64,000 nt of DNA from a virus: positions 82,233 to 146,232 of IMG/VR virus record IMGVR_UViG_3300020162_002681. One strand, written 5' to 3'. The stretch's first letter is position 1. Each line of letters begins with the position of its first letter. This document shows, piece after piece, positions 1 through 9,800 of this stretch. The notes under the pieces were generated by a model. The model was not told where the DNA came from. It made no database searches and saw nothing but the letters and a program-made list of their open reading frames with translations. The position numbers were made by a program, and so were the translations under genes.

Positions 1-2
1 CT

Positions 3-1127
3 TGCAGTAGATGCAGCGTCATATTTGTAAGGTCTGTTGACCGATTCAACCAAGCGTACTTGTCCAGATTTGTACTGAACAGAGTTGAGTGACTTGAGAG
101 CCGCTATGTTGTCTACTGGCGCATCCCAGAAAAGAAGGTCTTGTAAAAGTGCGTAATTGACCAGCTTAGGGTAGATACTAATGAAACTCTGTGCCGATAC
201 CCCATCTAGAAGCTGTGAAGATGGTGTGACCTCGATTACTACTGCTGAGCCATCGGGAATACCTTTGTTGAGCGCAATATCAAGTGTTGGGTACTCTTGC
301 ACCACTCCGAGGTTGTCGATGCCAGTAGTGTCCAAGGCGAAGGAACTGAGACTGATGTAGCCAATGATTTTAACACCAAAGACGAGCCTGATAGCTGGGT
401 CAGAACTGTATTCGCTTAGGTTAAGTCGCAAGCCAGTCAGAGTGCCGCCAGTGTCGTTCACAATCCAGTATTTGATAGGCACTGGTATGGAATTGATATT
501 TTCGAGTGGGGCAACGAGTAATGTATCTTGGTCAGCGCTGATTACGTCTATTTCGGCTAGGGCGGTCGTTTCATAGAGGCTAGCTTCTCTTGTCTTGAAC
601 CACCTGCCGCTTGAGTGCGTGAGGATTGTTACGTTATCAATCTGAACTACCGAACCGCTAACAAATTCGTAGCAAAAACCATTTCCGTTGAGCAGTACCC
701 TGAAGCCTGTTAATAGACCTGTGAGCGCACTGATGTCTGCGGGATTAGAGTAGCTAGTAGGACTGTTTAAAGTGGCGTTAGCAGTGATTACTACGTCACT
801 GGGAGTGATTGGAGTAACGTAGTCATCTTCAAAGTGCGAGAACTTGTAGATGATTCGTGAAGAAGCGTAGTCATTGGTGGTGGATACGCTGATTAGGGTT
901 TCATGGATGTCTTCGTATGAGAGGGCAGTGAAATTTTCAGATTCGAGGGTAATGCTGCCGCTTGCGCCTACGACAAGAGATTTTACAGGGCTTTCAGTAG
1001 TATACCCAGCTCTGTTTCTTTTTACAACCCAGAAAAAATATGTGTCTGCATCGATTGACCCACCAGATGTGGTTGTGATGGTGGGAGCTACAAGTGTTTT
1101 GCTGGAGGCGTAGATTGTTTTAGACAT
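3..1127 (-). CDS. Tail fibre/spike-like protein, runs off the window edge (not in ORF track)
   Basis: ATG at 1127 gives MSKTIYASSKTLVAPTITTTSGG...; it is Thr/Ser-rich and contains YEFVSGSVVQIDNVTILTHSSGRWFK and DNIAALKSL modules typical of tail-fibre proteins. Confidence 0.6.
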   Translation of the reverse strand, partial: MSKTIYASSKTLVAPTITTTSGGSIDADTYFFWVVKRNRAGYTTESPVKSLVVGASGSITLESENFTALSYEDIHETLISVSTTNDYASSRIIYKFSHFEDDYVTPITPSDVVITANATLNSPTSYSNPADISALTGLLTGFRVLLNGNGFCYEFVSGSVVQIDNVTILTHSSGRWFKTREASLYETTALAEIDVISADQDTLLVAPLENINSIPVPIKYWIVNDTGGTLTGLRLNLSEYSSDPAIRLVFGVKIIGYISLSSFALDTTGIDNLGVVQEYPTLDIALNKGIPDGSAVVIEVTPSSQLLDGVSAQSFISIYPKLVNYALLQDLLFWDAPVDNIAALKSLNSVQYKSGQVRLVESVNRPYKYDAASTA

Positions 1128-1278
1128 TTCGAGCTAATTTCTCAGTTTCTTTTGTAATATATGCTAACCAATCTCGACCTTCAGCCACTTTTAGTTGTGG
1201 GTACTCAGGCTTGAAGGACTCGGCACGTTCTAGCCAGTCTTGGTCTATTTTACAGAGGTTATTTATGGCTTTTGGCAT
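1120..1278 (-). CDS. Small hypothetical protein (likely start MPKAINN at 1278)
   Basis: Fits between neighbouring genes; the longer start in the ORF track overlaps the upstream gene. Confidence 0.45.
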   Translation of the reverse strand: MPKAINNLCKIDQDWLERAESFKPEYPQLKVAEGRDWLAYITKETEKLARNV

Positions 1279-1282
1279 ATTG

Positions 1283-1846
1283 TTAGTAACGAATACGGGC
1301 TTTAGGCATTCTAACACCTGTAGATACCATGTCAACAGGTTCTTCCATCATTCCACCCATTCCTTTGTATGAGTCAGTTCTAAATCCTAAGTATCCTGTT
1401 GGACTTGCAGCTTCATCGGTTGTTTTGCGAATATCTGTGAAGCCTTTAGTGTCTGGGGTTTTCACGTAATCTCTTTTTAGTGGGTCAGGTGCATAGAGGT
1501 CTTTATATTCGTACCCTTTAGGCTTACGCATTAGTTGTGGTAATCCAGCCTCTTTTCTTAGTCTGGTTCTATTGCCGCCTCGGTCGTTATACCACTCATC
1601 CTTTAAAAGAGTATTTCCACCATCTCTAGTATCGAAACTATAAGGCTTTAATGACTCTCTAGCTACTCTAAGTGTATTTGCAGGTTTAGTCTGGCTTCCA
1701 AACGGTTTTAGTTTCTCATTTAGAGTGTCTTCTACTCCCTTACCGTACTTTTTTGTATATATTTCGTCAGCTTTACCTAATTGAGCATTTCTTTTCAGTT
1801 GTTTGTTTTGCTGCTTGATTACACCAAAATCTGCGAAGTGTTGCAT
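1283..1846 (-). CDS. Basic hypothetical protein with N-terminal MQHFADF leader (putative capsid internal protein)
   Basis: 187-aa Lys/Arg-rich ORF; the leader matches the internal MQHFANF of 40842..41816. Confidence 0.6.
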   Translation of the reverse strand: MQHFADFGVIKQQNKQLKRNAQLGKADEIYTKKYGKGVEDTLNEKLKPFGSQTKPANTLRVARESLKPYSFDTRDGGNTLLKDEWYNDRGGNRTRLRKEAGLPQLMRKPKGYEYKDLYAPDPLKRDYVKTPDTKGFTDIRKTTDEAASPTGYLGFRTDSYKGMGGMMEEPVDMVSTGVRMPKARIRY

Positions 1847-1848
1847 AG

Positions 1849-2001
1849 TTATTTAATATCCAATAGTGTATTTGCGCCCCTTTTAAAACTCACCCAAGCA
1901 TGGTAGGGGATATTCACAAAACTTTTGTAAGGTACACCAGAAAGTCGCTCATCAGGGATAGTGAGGTCAACTTTTAGCTGCTTAGTTCTTTTTCTGTGCA
2001 T
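1849..2001 (-). CDS. Small hypothetical protein (50 aa)
   Basis: MHRKRTKQLKVDL...LLDIK, packed 2 bp from both neighbours. Confidence 0.45.
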   Translation of the reverse strand: MHRKRTKQLKVDLTIPDERLSGVPYKSFVNIPYHAWVSFKRGANTLLDIK

Positions 2002-2003
2002 AT

Positions 2004-2174
2004 TTATTTCATGATTGTAGAGGAGGTCACTGGAGGAGAGATATTGAAAACGAACGTGTCGCTGCCTTGGACTAAAGTTACTTTGTTGCCAGAGACTTGA
2101 ACCCTCGGTAAAACGTTTTGAAAACCTTGCTTGATGTCGGCTAATGCTTGTGCGTAATCGATGTTTTGTGCCAT
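2004..2174 (-). CDS. Small hypothetical protein (56 aa)
   Basis: MAQNIDYAQALADIKQGF..., just downstream of a TATACT -10-like box. Confidence 0.5.
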   Translation of the reverse strand: MAQNIDYAQALADIKQGFQNVLPRVQVSGNKVTLVQGSDTFVFNISPPVTSSTIMK

Positions 2175-2196
2175 TTATTAAGTATACCGCAGGAGG

Positions 2197-2225
2197 TTGA
2201 CAGGTTGTATTAGCTAAGATAGACT
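2197..2225 (+). promoter_or_regulatory. Sigma70-type promoter
   Basis: TTGACA-17 bp-TAGACT upstream of the ATG at 2249. Confidence 0.65.
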
Positions 2226-2248
2226 TAGATATCTTATAAATAAAGTAT

Positions 2249-2680
2249 ATGATTATTATCGATGATGTAATTGTTCCACCTCCGACATCAGAACAAAAAG
2301 CAAGTATGCTCAGGCTGTACCAAGAACATTTGCGATTTGACTATCTAAATGTTCTTGGTATTTCTAATTACAATCACAATTTTGGGGTTGCTAACACTGC
2401 TGAGCTATAGAATAGACTTGCCGCTAAGAAGCTAGACGAAGAGCTATGCGAGAAATTCAGAATCCGTCACGCAAATTCAGAACAAGAACTGCAAAAAATG
2501 TGGGGTTGCAACGAGATTTACCGCAACTTTGGTACAAGACTTATTCTCCTTAATATCGAAGAAAGCTTTTTACGAATTACGACTAATTTTGGTGTGTTGG
2601 AATTTTTTGCAAAGCCAGAAGAGGAATTTTTTCGAGGAAAAGACCGTAGTTTACCCGTAGTAAGTTTGATTGATTATTAA
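2249..2680 (+). pseudogene. Antisense moron-like ORF interrupted by one in-frame TAG (2408-2410)
   Basis: MIIIDDVIV...TAEL*NRLAAKK...QKMWGCNE is one continuous frame with the 2498..2680 ORF. Confidence 0.55.
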
Positions 2681-5367
2681 AGTCCACTTCCTCCATTATC
2701 GACCCAGCGCCCAAAACCAGCACTGATTCCACTGATGTCATTGCCAATCAAGTTCGGTAAATTTGTAACTTCAACAGTAGTCACCAATCCACCCTTGATA
2801 GTATTTAGCGCCGTAGCGGTCGTGCTGACTGTCGTGAGGCTAACTGGTATCACTTCCCCAAATGTGACGTTGACAGGCTGATTAAGCGCACTTCCGTTGA
2901 TAATCTGCGTAGTGAACGTACTCGACTTGGCAGCCCACTTTTGCCCGAAGTATTGAAACACGCTATTTGGCTTCACCGCGTTTTGTGTCCATGTAAAGGA
3001 TGTGCTCAGGCTGGCTCCATCGAACACATCTTTATGCAGCTTGAATGTAGCTCCCTTAATTGCTTCTTGTATGTTGTTTGCTCCAGTGATTGTTACGTCA
3101 CTCAGTATGTTGCGGTCACGTACATTTGAGGTTATATAGGTCAGCGAGTCCTTAAGTCCATCCTTATCCTGCTTGGGGTTTAGCTGATTGATTGGCTTAC
3201 GAACTGTGGCACTAGGAGGTCGCCCAAGAGCTGTACTGAAACTCGAACTCTGTATATTGCCTTTAAAGCTTGCATCTGCAACGGTACGGATAGTCCCATA
3301 GACAGAATAAGAATCATCCTTAAAGCTGGCATCATTACTTGCAGTCGAATAGCTTGGAATTGTGTCAGGGTCTTTCTTCTGTTGTGTAGCAATAACTCTG
3401 CTAGTATCAATAGTCGGTAGCACACCAGTACCAATAACTGCATTGTCAGGGACATTCATATAACTGAAAGGTCTATAGAACGTGCCAGTGTATAGCTGAT
3501 TCTGGTCAATTGAAGTCAGTAGACCGCCAAGGTCATTAAAAGTTTCGTAAATCCTGTCAATATTTGGTTTAGTCGTCTTGCTAGGACGAATCATGTAGCG
3601 AGTATGTTCGTAAACCTCTTCACCAGTGGTCAAATAAATAGGATTCTTGCCCCATAAACTTGCAGCTTGGTCATTATACTCAGGATTCCCGCTAACACCC
3701 GCAGAAATTGAATATCGGGACTTAGCGACAATCATCAAGTTGGGAACCCAGTCAGGACTAGGGAACAGTACTGCTACAGGGTCTTGGGTACTCGCTACAT
3801 TAGGTAATTGTGCTTTGGGAATATACTCAACATTCCAATCAACTTTGTCGCCATCTTTGTAATATTTGCTGAATGGTTCAATAAAGTAATCGACACGCTC
3901 AGTAATAGGTATTTTGCGGTATAGGAAGCTTTCAAGAGCACACTTCGCCTTGTAGACAGAAAGATAGTAGTATTGAAGGCTTATTGGGTCATTAGCGACC
4001 AGACTGCCAATTTCAAGCAGGTATGTCAGCCGTATCCATGCTTCGATACTTCCTTTTGACCAGTTAGCCGCATCTTCATTAGCAAACCGCTTCACAGCCC
4101 AACCTTCAGACTGCTCAGCTACTAGAACTTGAGAATGGCACTTGAGCAGATTGTCGAACTGAGGGGGAACTGTAGTTGCAACATAATTGCCGTTGGCATC
4201 TCTGACTTGCGGTTTAATGTTGAGGTCAAGATTCTGATAAAGGAAATCTGTCTGTTTAATACTCGTAACGCGCCACACAATAGGTCTTGCAAAGATATTC
4301 GCACCAACCATACCCATCGCACTATTAGCAAGGTCTTTGAGTAGTCCACCGAATGCATTTGCTTGAGCTGCTGGATTACTTTGCATCCTATCGAGAATAG
4401 AATAATCGATGTTGAGTGGAGCTAGAGGATTGCTAACTAATTCGAGCGCTGAGTGACTAAATCCGTAAGTGCCAGATATTTCCGAGCTTGGTTGCCCATA
4501 TTTATACAGCGTAATCTTGAATTGCTTGCTCAGACCGCCATTATCTACAAATACACTGAGGTCGCGAGGAACCAAACTTCCATCCCCAACTTCTACTGGA
4601 GGTAAGTGAGGATTGCTATCACCTTCATATAGCACATATTCATCATCAGTTACTTGGACGTAGGTGTTTTGAAGCGCGTAGTTAGTCCCACCATTCCAAT
4701 TCAATAAGGTGTTCTTATAGCAAGGCGTTTCATTATCAGATAAAGTTACCTCAGTAAGTGGTGCTGAGGTAATGGCGCGACCTGACCCCAAATCAACATA
4801 ATCAATACCTGACTTGGAGAAAACTGCTACTTTGGCATCTAGGGCAGCACGTTCATCAAGAAAAGAGCGAAGCGTAAAGAAATCCGTGTTAGCTGGTCGG
4901 TAAGGTAGATTGACAAAACCACTAAGCCCTGTGATTGGGCAAGTGATGCCAGTAAATGCCGAAACTTGAGCTAGTAAGCCTGAAAGCGGAAAGCGATAAA
5001 ACTGTTCGCCAATGATTTGAGCCGACCGCCCATAAGCCAAAACAAACTTAGCTGTATTAATTCCTTTTTCTGTAAACAGCTTGCTGACATGGGCGTAGCT
5101 GAGAGAAACTTCGTACCGAACAACTGCATTACCTATCTTTTGTACTTGAGGAGATTCTTTATAGCTGTAATTGGTTAGATAGAAATCGTAGTTACCAAAT
5201 GTCAAGTCACTTCCCAAATTTGGCACATCTTCAAGAGTTGCAACATAAATGATGGCAGAAAGAGATGGAGGTTGGTTAAGCTCCTGATTTAAGGTGTAAG
5301 TGCCTACAACGGCTCTGAGAGGATTTTCGGCGCTACTGGATAGATTATTTGCTACGGGCACAGGCAC
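2677..5367 (-). CDS. Putative tail tip/baseplate hub protein
   Basis: 896 aa, downstream of the tape measure cluster; called from position only. Confidence 0.5.
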   Translation of the reverse strand: MPVPVANNLSSSAENPLRAVVGTYTLNQELNQPPSLSAIIYVATLEDVPNLGSDLTFGNYDFYLTNYSYKESPQVQKIGNAVVRYEVSLSYAHVSKLFTEKGINTAKFVLAYGRSAQIIGEQFYRFPLSGLLAQVSAFTGITCPITGLSGFVNLPYRPANTDFFTLRSFLDERAALDAKVAVFSKSGIDYVDLGSGRAITSAPLTEVTLSDNETPCYKNTLLNWNGGTNYALQNTYVQVTDDEYVLYEGDSNPHLPPVEVGDGSLVPRDLSVFVDNGGLSKQFKITLYKYGQPSSEISGTYGFSHSALELVSNPLAPLNIDYSILDRMQSNPAAQANAFGGLLKDLANSAMGMVGANIFARPIVWRVTSIKQTDFLYQNLDLNIKPQVRDANGNYVATTVPPQFDNLLKCHSQVLVAEQSEGWAVKRFANEDAANWSKGSIEAWIRLTYLLEIGSLVANDPISLQYYYLSVYKAKCALESFLYRKIPITERVDYFIEPFSKYYKDGDKVDWNVEYIPKAQLPNVASTQDPVAVLFPSPDWVPNLMIVAKSRYSISAGVSGNPEYNDQAASLWGKNPIYLTTGEEVYEHTRYMIRPSKTTKPNIDRIYETFNDLGGLLTSIDQNQLYTGTFYRPFSYMNVPDNAVIGTGVLPTIDTSRVIATQQKKDPDTIPSYSTASNDASFKDDSYSVYGTIRTVADASFKGNIQSSSFSTALGRPPSATVRKPINQLNPKQDKDGLKDSLTYITSNVRDRNILSDVTITGANNIQEAIKGATFKLHKDVFDGASLSTSFTWTQNAVKPNSVFQYFGQKWAAKSSTFTTQIINGSALNQPVNVTFGEVIPVSLTTVSTTATALNTIKGGLVTTVEVTNLPNLIGNDISGISAGFGRWVDNGGSGL

Positions 5368-6017
5368 ACATCCCCATTAAGCTTGAAGAAGGTATTTTTA
5401 GGGAAGTCTAAGTATTTGTCGAAGCGATAGACTTGACCGTAATAGCTGACTGTATTTGAATTAGGGGCAACACCAACAATTTTCAGCAGCTTCTTTTTTC
5501 GTATAAATGGGGAAAAACCTAAGAATGGGTAAAATAAATCAAAACTAATGCGTACTCGAATAGTTGTTCGGTCAGTTATGGACAAGCCTTTGAGGTCGGC
5601 TACTTTATACTGTGTGGGTTCTCGGTCTTTGTAGATTGCCGCTTCATTGGCGTAATAATTCACCCAATCCAAGTCTCGGTAGCTGTTGAGGTCTGTAAAG
5701 TAAAACTCCAGTTCCGCTTGTTTTGATGTAGGAAAATCTCCAATAGTCAAGTAATAGCAAGCATTGAGGTCAACGGTAGGTCGTCTCGAAGCCGAGTTGT
5801 TGTATCCATCTACACCGAGATTGGTAACTAAAAATCCCGCTAGAAATGGCAACTTACTTTTCTGCACGAAGTTCATGGTAGTCAGGTAAGAAGCTTGTGC
5901 TTCGTAGCTGTTGAGTGAAATGGTTTCTGTAGTTAGAGAAGCATCATAAGGAGACAAGGATGTACCGCCTACCCAAGTTGGTAATCGTTTGGGAGTGTCT
6001 TGAAGAATTTTCCACAT
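5352..6017 (-). CDS. Putative tail protein
   Basis: 221 aa within the tail operon. Confidence 0.45.
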   Translation of the reverse strand: MWKILQDTPKRLPTWVGGTSLSPYDASLTTETISLNSYEAQASYLTTMNFVQKSKLPFLAGFLVTNLGVDGYNNSASRRPTVDLNACYYLTIGDFPTSKQAELEFYFTDLNSYRDLDWVNYYANEAAIYKDREPTQYKVADLKGLSITDRTTIRVRISFDLFYPFLGFSPFIRKKKLLKIVGVAPNSNTVSYYGQVYRFDKYLDFPKNTFFKLNGDVCLCP

Positions 6018-6026
6018 GAGTCTCGC

Positions 6027-6398
6027 CTACTGTATCGTAAATTCTGGGGTATTGATTTCAACTGCTTGGAGTGTATATGTTCTATAGCACTGGTCGGCTC
6101 CGATAGTATAAATACCTCCATAGTCTATTCCAGTAACTACCCAAGTCTTGCCCCGAAAGGTGAACGTTTGATTTCCAAAAGTAGTTAGTGTAGGTTTCTC
6201 GAAAGGGATATCTGCAACTTTGATTCCCTCAATTGTTACCGAGATTGTCTGATAGGAGACAACTCCAGCAAGCAAAGTCGAGTTGTTGAGTAGGAAGAAG
6301 GCGTTCGCGTTTTGAGCATTAATTTTCCCAAAAGAAATTGCCCCCGATTTTAAGGGGTAGCCAAATAACTTCTCTTGGGAAAAACTAAGCCCAGCCAT
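6027..6398 (-). CDS. Putative distal-tail-like protein (paralog of 6402..6809)
   Basis: Position after the tape measure; visible similarity to its neighbour. Confidence 0.45.
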   Translation of the reverse strand: MAGLSFSQEKLFGYPLKSGAISFGKINAQNANAFFLLNNSTLLAGVVSYQTISVTIEGIKVADIPFEKPTLTTFGNQTFTFRGKTWVVTGIDYGGIYTIGADQCYRTYTLQAVEINTPEFTIQ

Positions 6399-6401
6399 AG
6401 G

Positions 6402-6809
6402 TTAACCCAGTTTACCGATATATTTGTTAGTGACAAAAGTAACGGGAAACGATTTGAGGGTTTCTTCAGTCGCTCCTACACGAATACCACCAGTTTCCTC
6501 ATATTGGTAAGGGTACATGGTGTTACCGCGATAGAGAATACCTCCAGTCAAGCCAGTACCAGCAGTCAAGTTTACCTGACCTAATAGCATAGCTTCTTGG
6601 TTGGCATCGCAAATAGCTTGGATGTCTTCAGCAGCAGAAAGAGAGATACCACCGATATCGAAGGTGTAAGTACGGGCAGAGATGTTACCAGTAGCAACAA
6701 AGTCGCCAAGGTTAGCAACTGTAGAGTCGATAGATAGTTCACCAGCAGTAATTTTGTCTGCGGGAACAGGGATGCCATAAATCTTTGTTTGTTGAACGTT
6801 TAGAGACAT
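6402..6809 (-). CDS. Putative distal-tail-like protein
   Basis: Immediately downstream of the tape measure. Confidence 0.45.
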   Translation of the reverse strand: MSLNVQQTKIYGIPVPADKITAGELSIDSTVANLGDFVATGNISARTYTFDIGGISLSAAEDIQAICDANQEAMLLGQVNLTAGTGLTGGILYRGNTMYPYQYEETGGIRVGATEETLKSFPVTFVTNKYIGKLG

Positions 6810-6869
6810 TTATTTTAGTTTGTTCACTATTTTCTCCAATTATACCACCGAGGAAGGATTGACAAAAAG

Positions 6870-9800
6870 CTACACTCCAAAGGCAGTTTTAGACAAGTCA
6901 AGAAATTGTTTGCCAAAATCATTGAATGCCTTAGAAATAACATCACCACTCTTACCGACAGCAGCACCAACTTTATTAAGGCTATCTCCACTAAACGAAG
7001 TCTTAACTCCATCAAGGCTAATAGTGTTGTTAACGACTACAGATAGATTTTGCTGACTAGAAGCTGATGCGGGGTTCTGAGGCTTGTTAGGAGATGCAGC
7101 AGCAAACTCATTGGTGATTTTCTTTGCATCTTTTTGCAGGAATGCTTGGTACTCTTGAGCTTGCTGTTTTATAGTATCTCTAGTGTTTCCGCCAATACCT
7201 TGCAGTTCCTTTTGTGTTTGGTCAAACGAAGCACCAAAAGGCTTGCGCTCCTCTATTTGTTGAATAGGTTGCTGCCTAGAGAGGTTGATTCCATTGCGTA
7301 ACGCTGCAAAGACTTCGGGCGAACCTAAGCCAGCCGTAGGATTATTTTTAGCAATTTCCAAAATTTGAGACTGACCACTCAAATCAATGTTACGGATTTT
7401 GCTTTGAGTTTCCTGTCTAACTACGTTTTGAGTATCAGTATTCAGTGCTAATGACTTAGCTGTTTGTGCTTGCGCGTCAGCAATGTTTTTTGGTATGTTT
7501 CCGATAACTTGATTGACTGAACTGATGTCGCCAACTTGAATACCGCTTGTAGGGTCAATTTTTTCTACGAGTTTGCCTAGCAACTGAGTCTGAGTCAACG
7601 CATTAGTCAACATCAAATTCTCAGTCAGTAATTGTTGGCGCTGAACTTCTAGTGTATTGAGTTCTTTTTCCCCAGTTCGACCAGCTTCATTCTTATCGGC
7701 TTTTGTTTTGTCGATTGTACCGAGAATTTCGTTGCGTCCAACTAAGGCTTGAGCCGCAGGGTTGTTTTGTCCAAACAAGCCAAGAACTGAGTTGCTGAAA
7801 CCTCTGGTAGCCTGATTACTTTGTAGTGTAGTCTGTTCTCTTCGTCCTTGCAGGTCTAGCCGCGCATTAGCTAGATTGGCAACCTTATCAAGTTTGTCTG
7901 CCCCTTCTTTAGCAATTGCGCCAAATCTTTCAAGGGAAGCGTTTACTCCTTCGAGAATAGTGCGTTGCTTGATATACTGCAAGTCACGGTCGGCTTCAGC
8001 TTTAGCAGTCTTAAGTTGTTTTTCAATATCCTTTTGTTGTTTTTCAAGGTCAGGATTACTTACACCACTTTTTTTAGCATCGGCATTGGCGCTAGCTACT
8101 CGGTCACGAACAACTTGAACTGTGTTTAGTCGAGCAGTTATTTTGCTGATTTCTTTGTTGGCATCAAGAAGTACTTGACCAGTCCTATCGGATAGCTTAG
8201 AGCCAATATTACTAAAGACAGAGCCAAGCGAAGAGGCAGAAAAGAGAGACGAGGCAGTGGAGCCAAGCGAACTAAATGCATCTCCTATACCTTTAGAGAT
8301 ATCTATTAGACGTTGTTGCCCAGCAAAGCTTGCGTCAATGGCAGCTTCATTACGTGCAATAGTCTCAGCTAACGCCCCAATCTCTTGTTTGAGGCGATTA
8401 GCTACGACTGTGAACTTAAGGTCTTGCTCAGCTTGCTGAACGACTTTCTTGGCACTTTCGAGGTCTATGCTATTCACACGCTCTTTAAGTTGGTCAGAAG
8501 CGCCTACTACATCGCTAGCACGTTTTTTTGCGGAGTCTATATCAGATTGTTTAGAGCTTTCTGATTTTTGAGTGTTTGCAAGCAATAAGTCAGCTATTTT
8601 TGTTGCTTCATCGCCTTGACCATTACCTAAGTTTTGAAGTTCTCTCAAATTAATAAATTTGCCGTCTTCATTAGAGGTAACTATGCTATTGACCTTTTCA
8701 TTAGCAATCTTATCTACTTTAGCTGTATTGCTTACCCTACCTGAATTACGAAGCTTAGTCCTTTGCTCTTCTATTAGGGTAGTTATTTGCGAATCATCAA
8801 TTTTGACTAAACCTTTATCGGTAGCCTCTCTGCTTTTTTGCAAAGACTGTTCAGCTAAAGTCTGGTCTTTTTTAGCTGTATCTTTTACTTGTTGCACTGC
8901 TTGGGTATTTGCCAAGTCAATTTTGGTATTTGCTGCCCCACTTGAGCTAGAATCTTCTACTGAAATATTTCCAGATTTCAAGACTTGTTGCAGTTGTTTT
9001 TGCCTGTTACCCAGTTCAGCTTGTGCAGCTTCAAGAATATTGTTTTTCGTGATTTCTTCTTCTCGCGCCGAGATAGCCAAAGACTCTTGCTTGACAGACA
9101 ATTCCTTTTCTGCCGCAGCCAGCTTAGCTTGTGCCAATGAGACACTAAAGGAGCCAAATTTACTTTCTTGTGCAAATACAGAGACAATATTTTTCTGAAC
9201 TTCAAGCAAGCCTTGATTGAAAGTCAATAGTTGCTTACGTTTACCAAGTTCTTCGCTAATTTGCCCAGAATTTTTTACACTAAAAGCTTCGGCACTTAAA
9301 TCCGCAATCTTACTTAATCTATCTGCATAGTCCTGAGCGCTAATGTTGGGAGCAGCAAGAGAGGCACGAAGAGCTTCGATGTTACCTTTAATGCCTTGAA
9401 GACTTTTCTTAGTCGCACTGCCAATAGCTTCGCCCCCAACAGCACCAGCCCCTGAAATTACTGAGAATAATTTTGTGTAAGAATTTGTTACGGTGTTGTT
9501 GTAGCTAAGTATTTTATCAGTGGCAACCTTAAAGGCTTCATCCATTGCTTTTTGAGCAGTGGGGTCTGAAGCAACAAATTGCATCACTCTAACATCTTTA
9601 GTTAGTCTTTGTAGACCTTCTATAGCTCCTTTAGGGTCTATATCCGCTTGAACGGTAATATTGCTCAAAACACCCTGTAATTTAGGAAGTATCTTGGAAA
9701 ACTCTTGTGGGTCTACTTTAGAGATATCAATTTTATCTATAACAAAAACTTTATCCAGAGTTTCTTTTAGTTGATTAAATTGAGCCTTTGCTGAACTGTT

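Noticed and set aside
2408-2410. Genome-wide TAG recoding
   Set aside because: Only one internal TAG was found, long genes are intact in the standard code, and several genes end properly at TAG.
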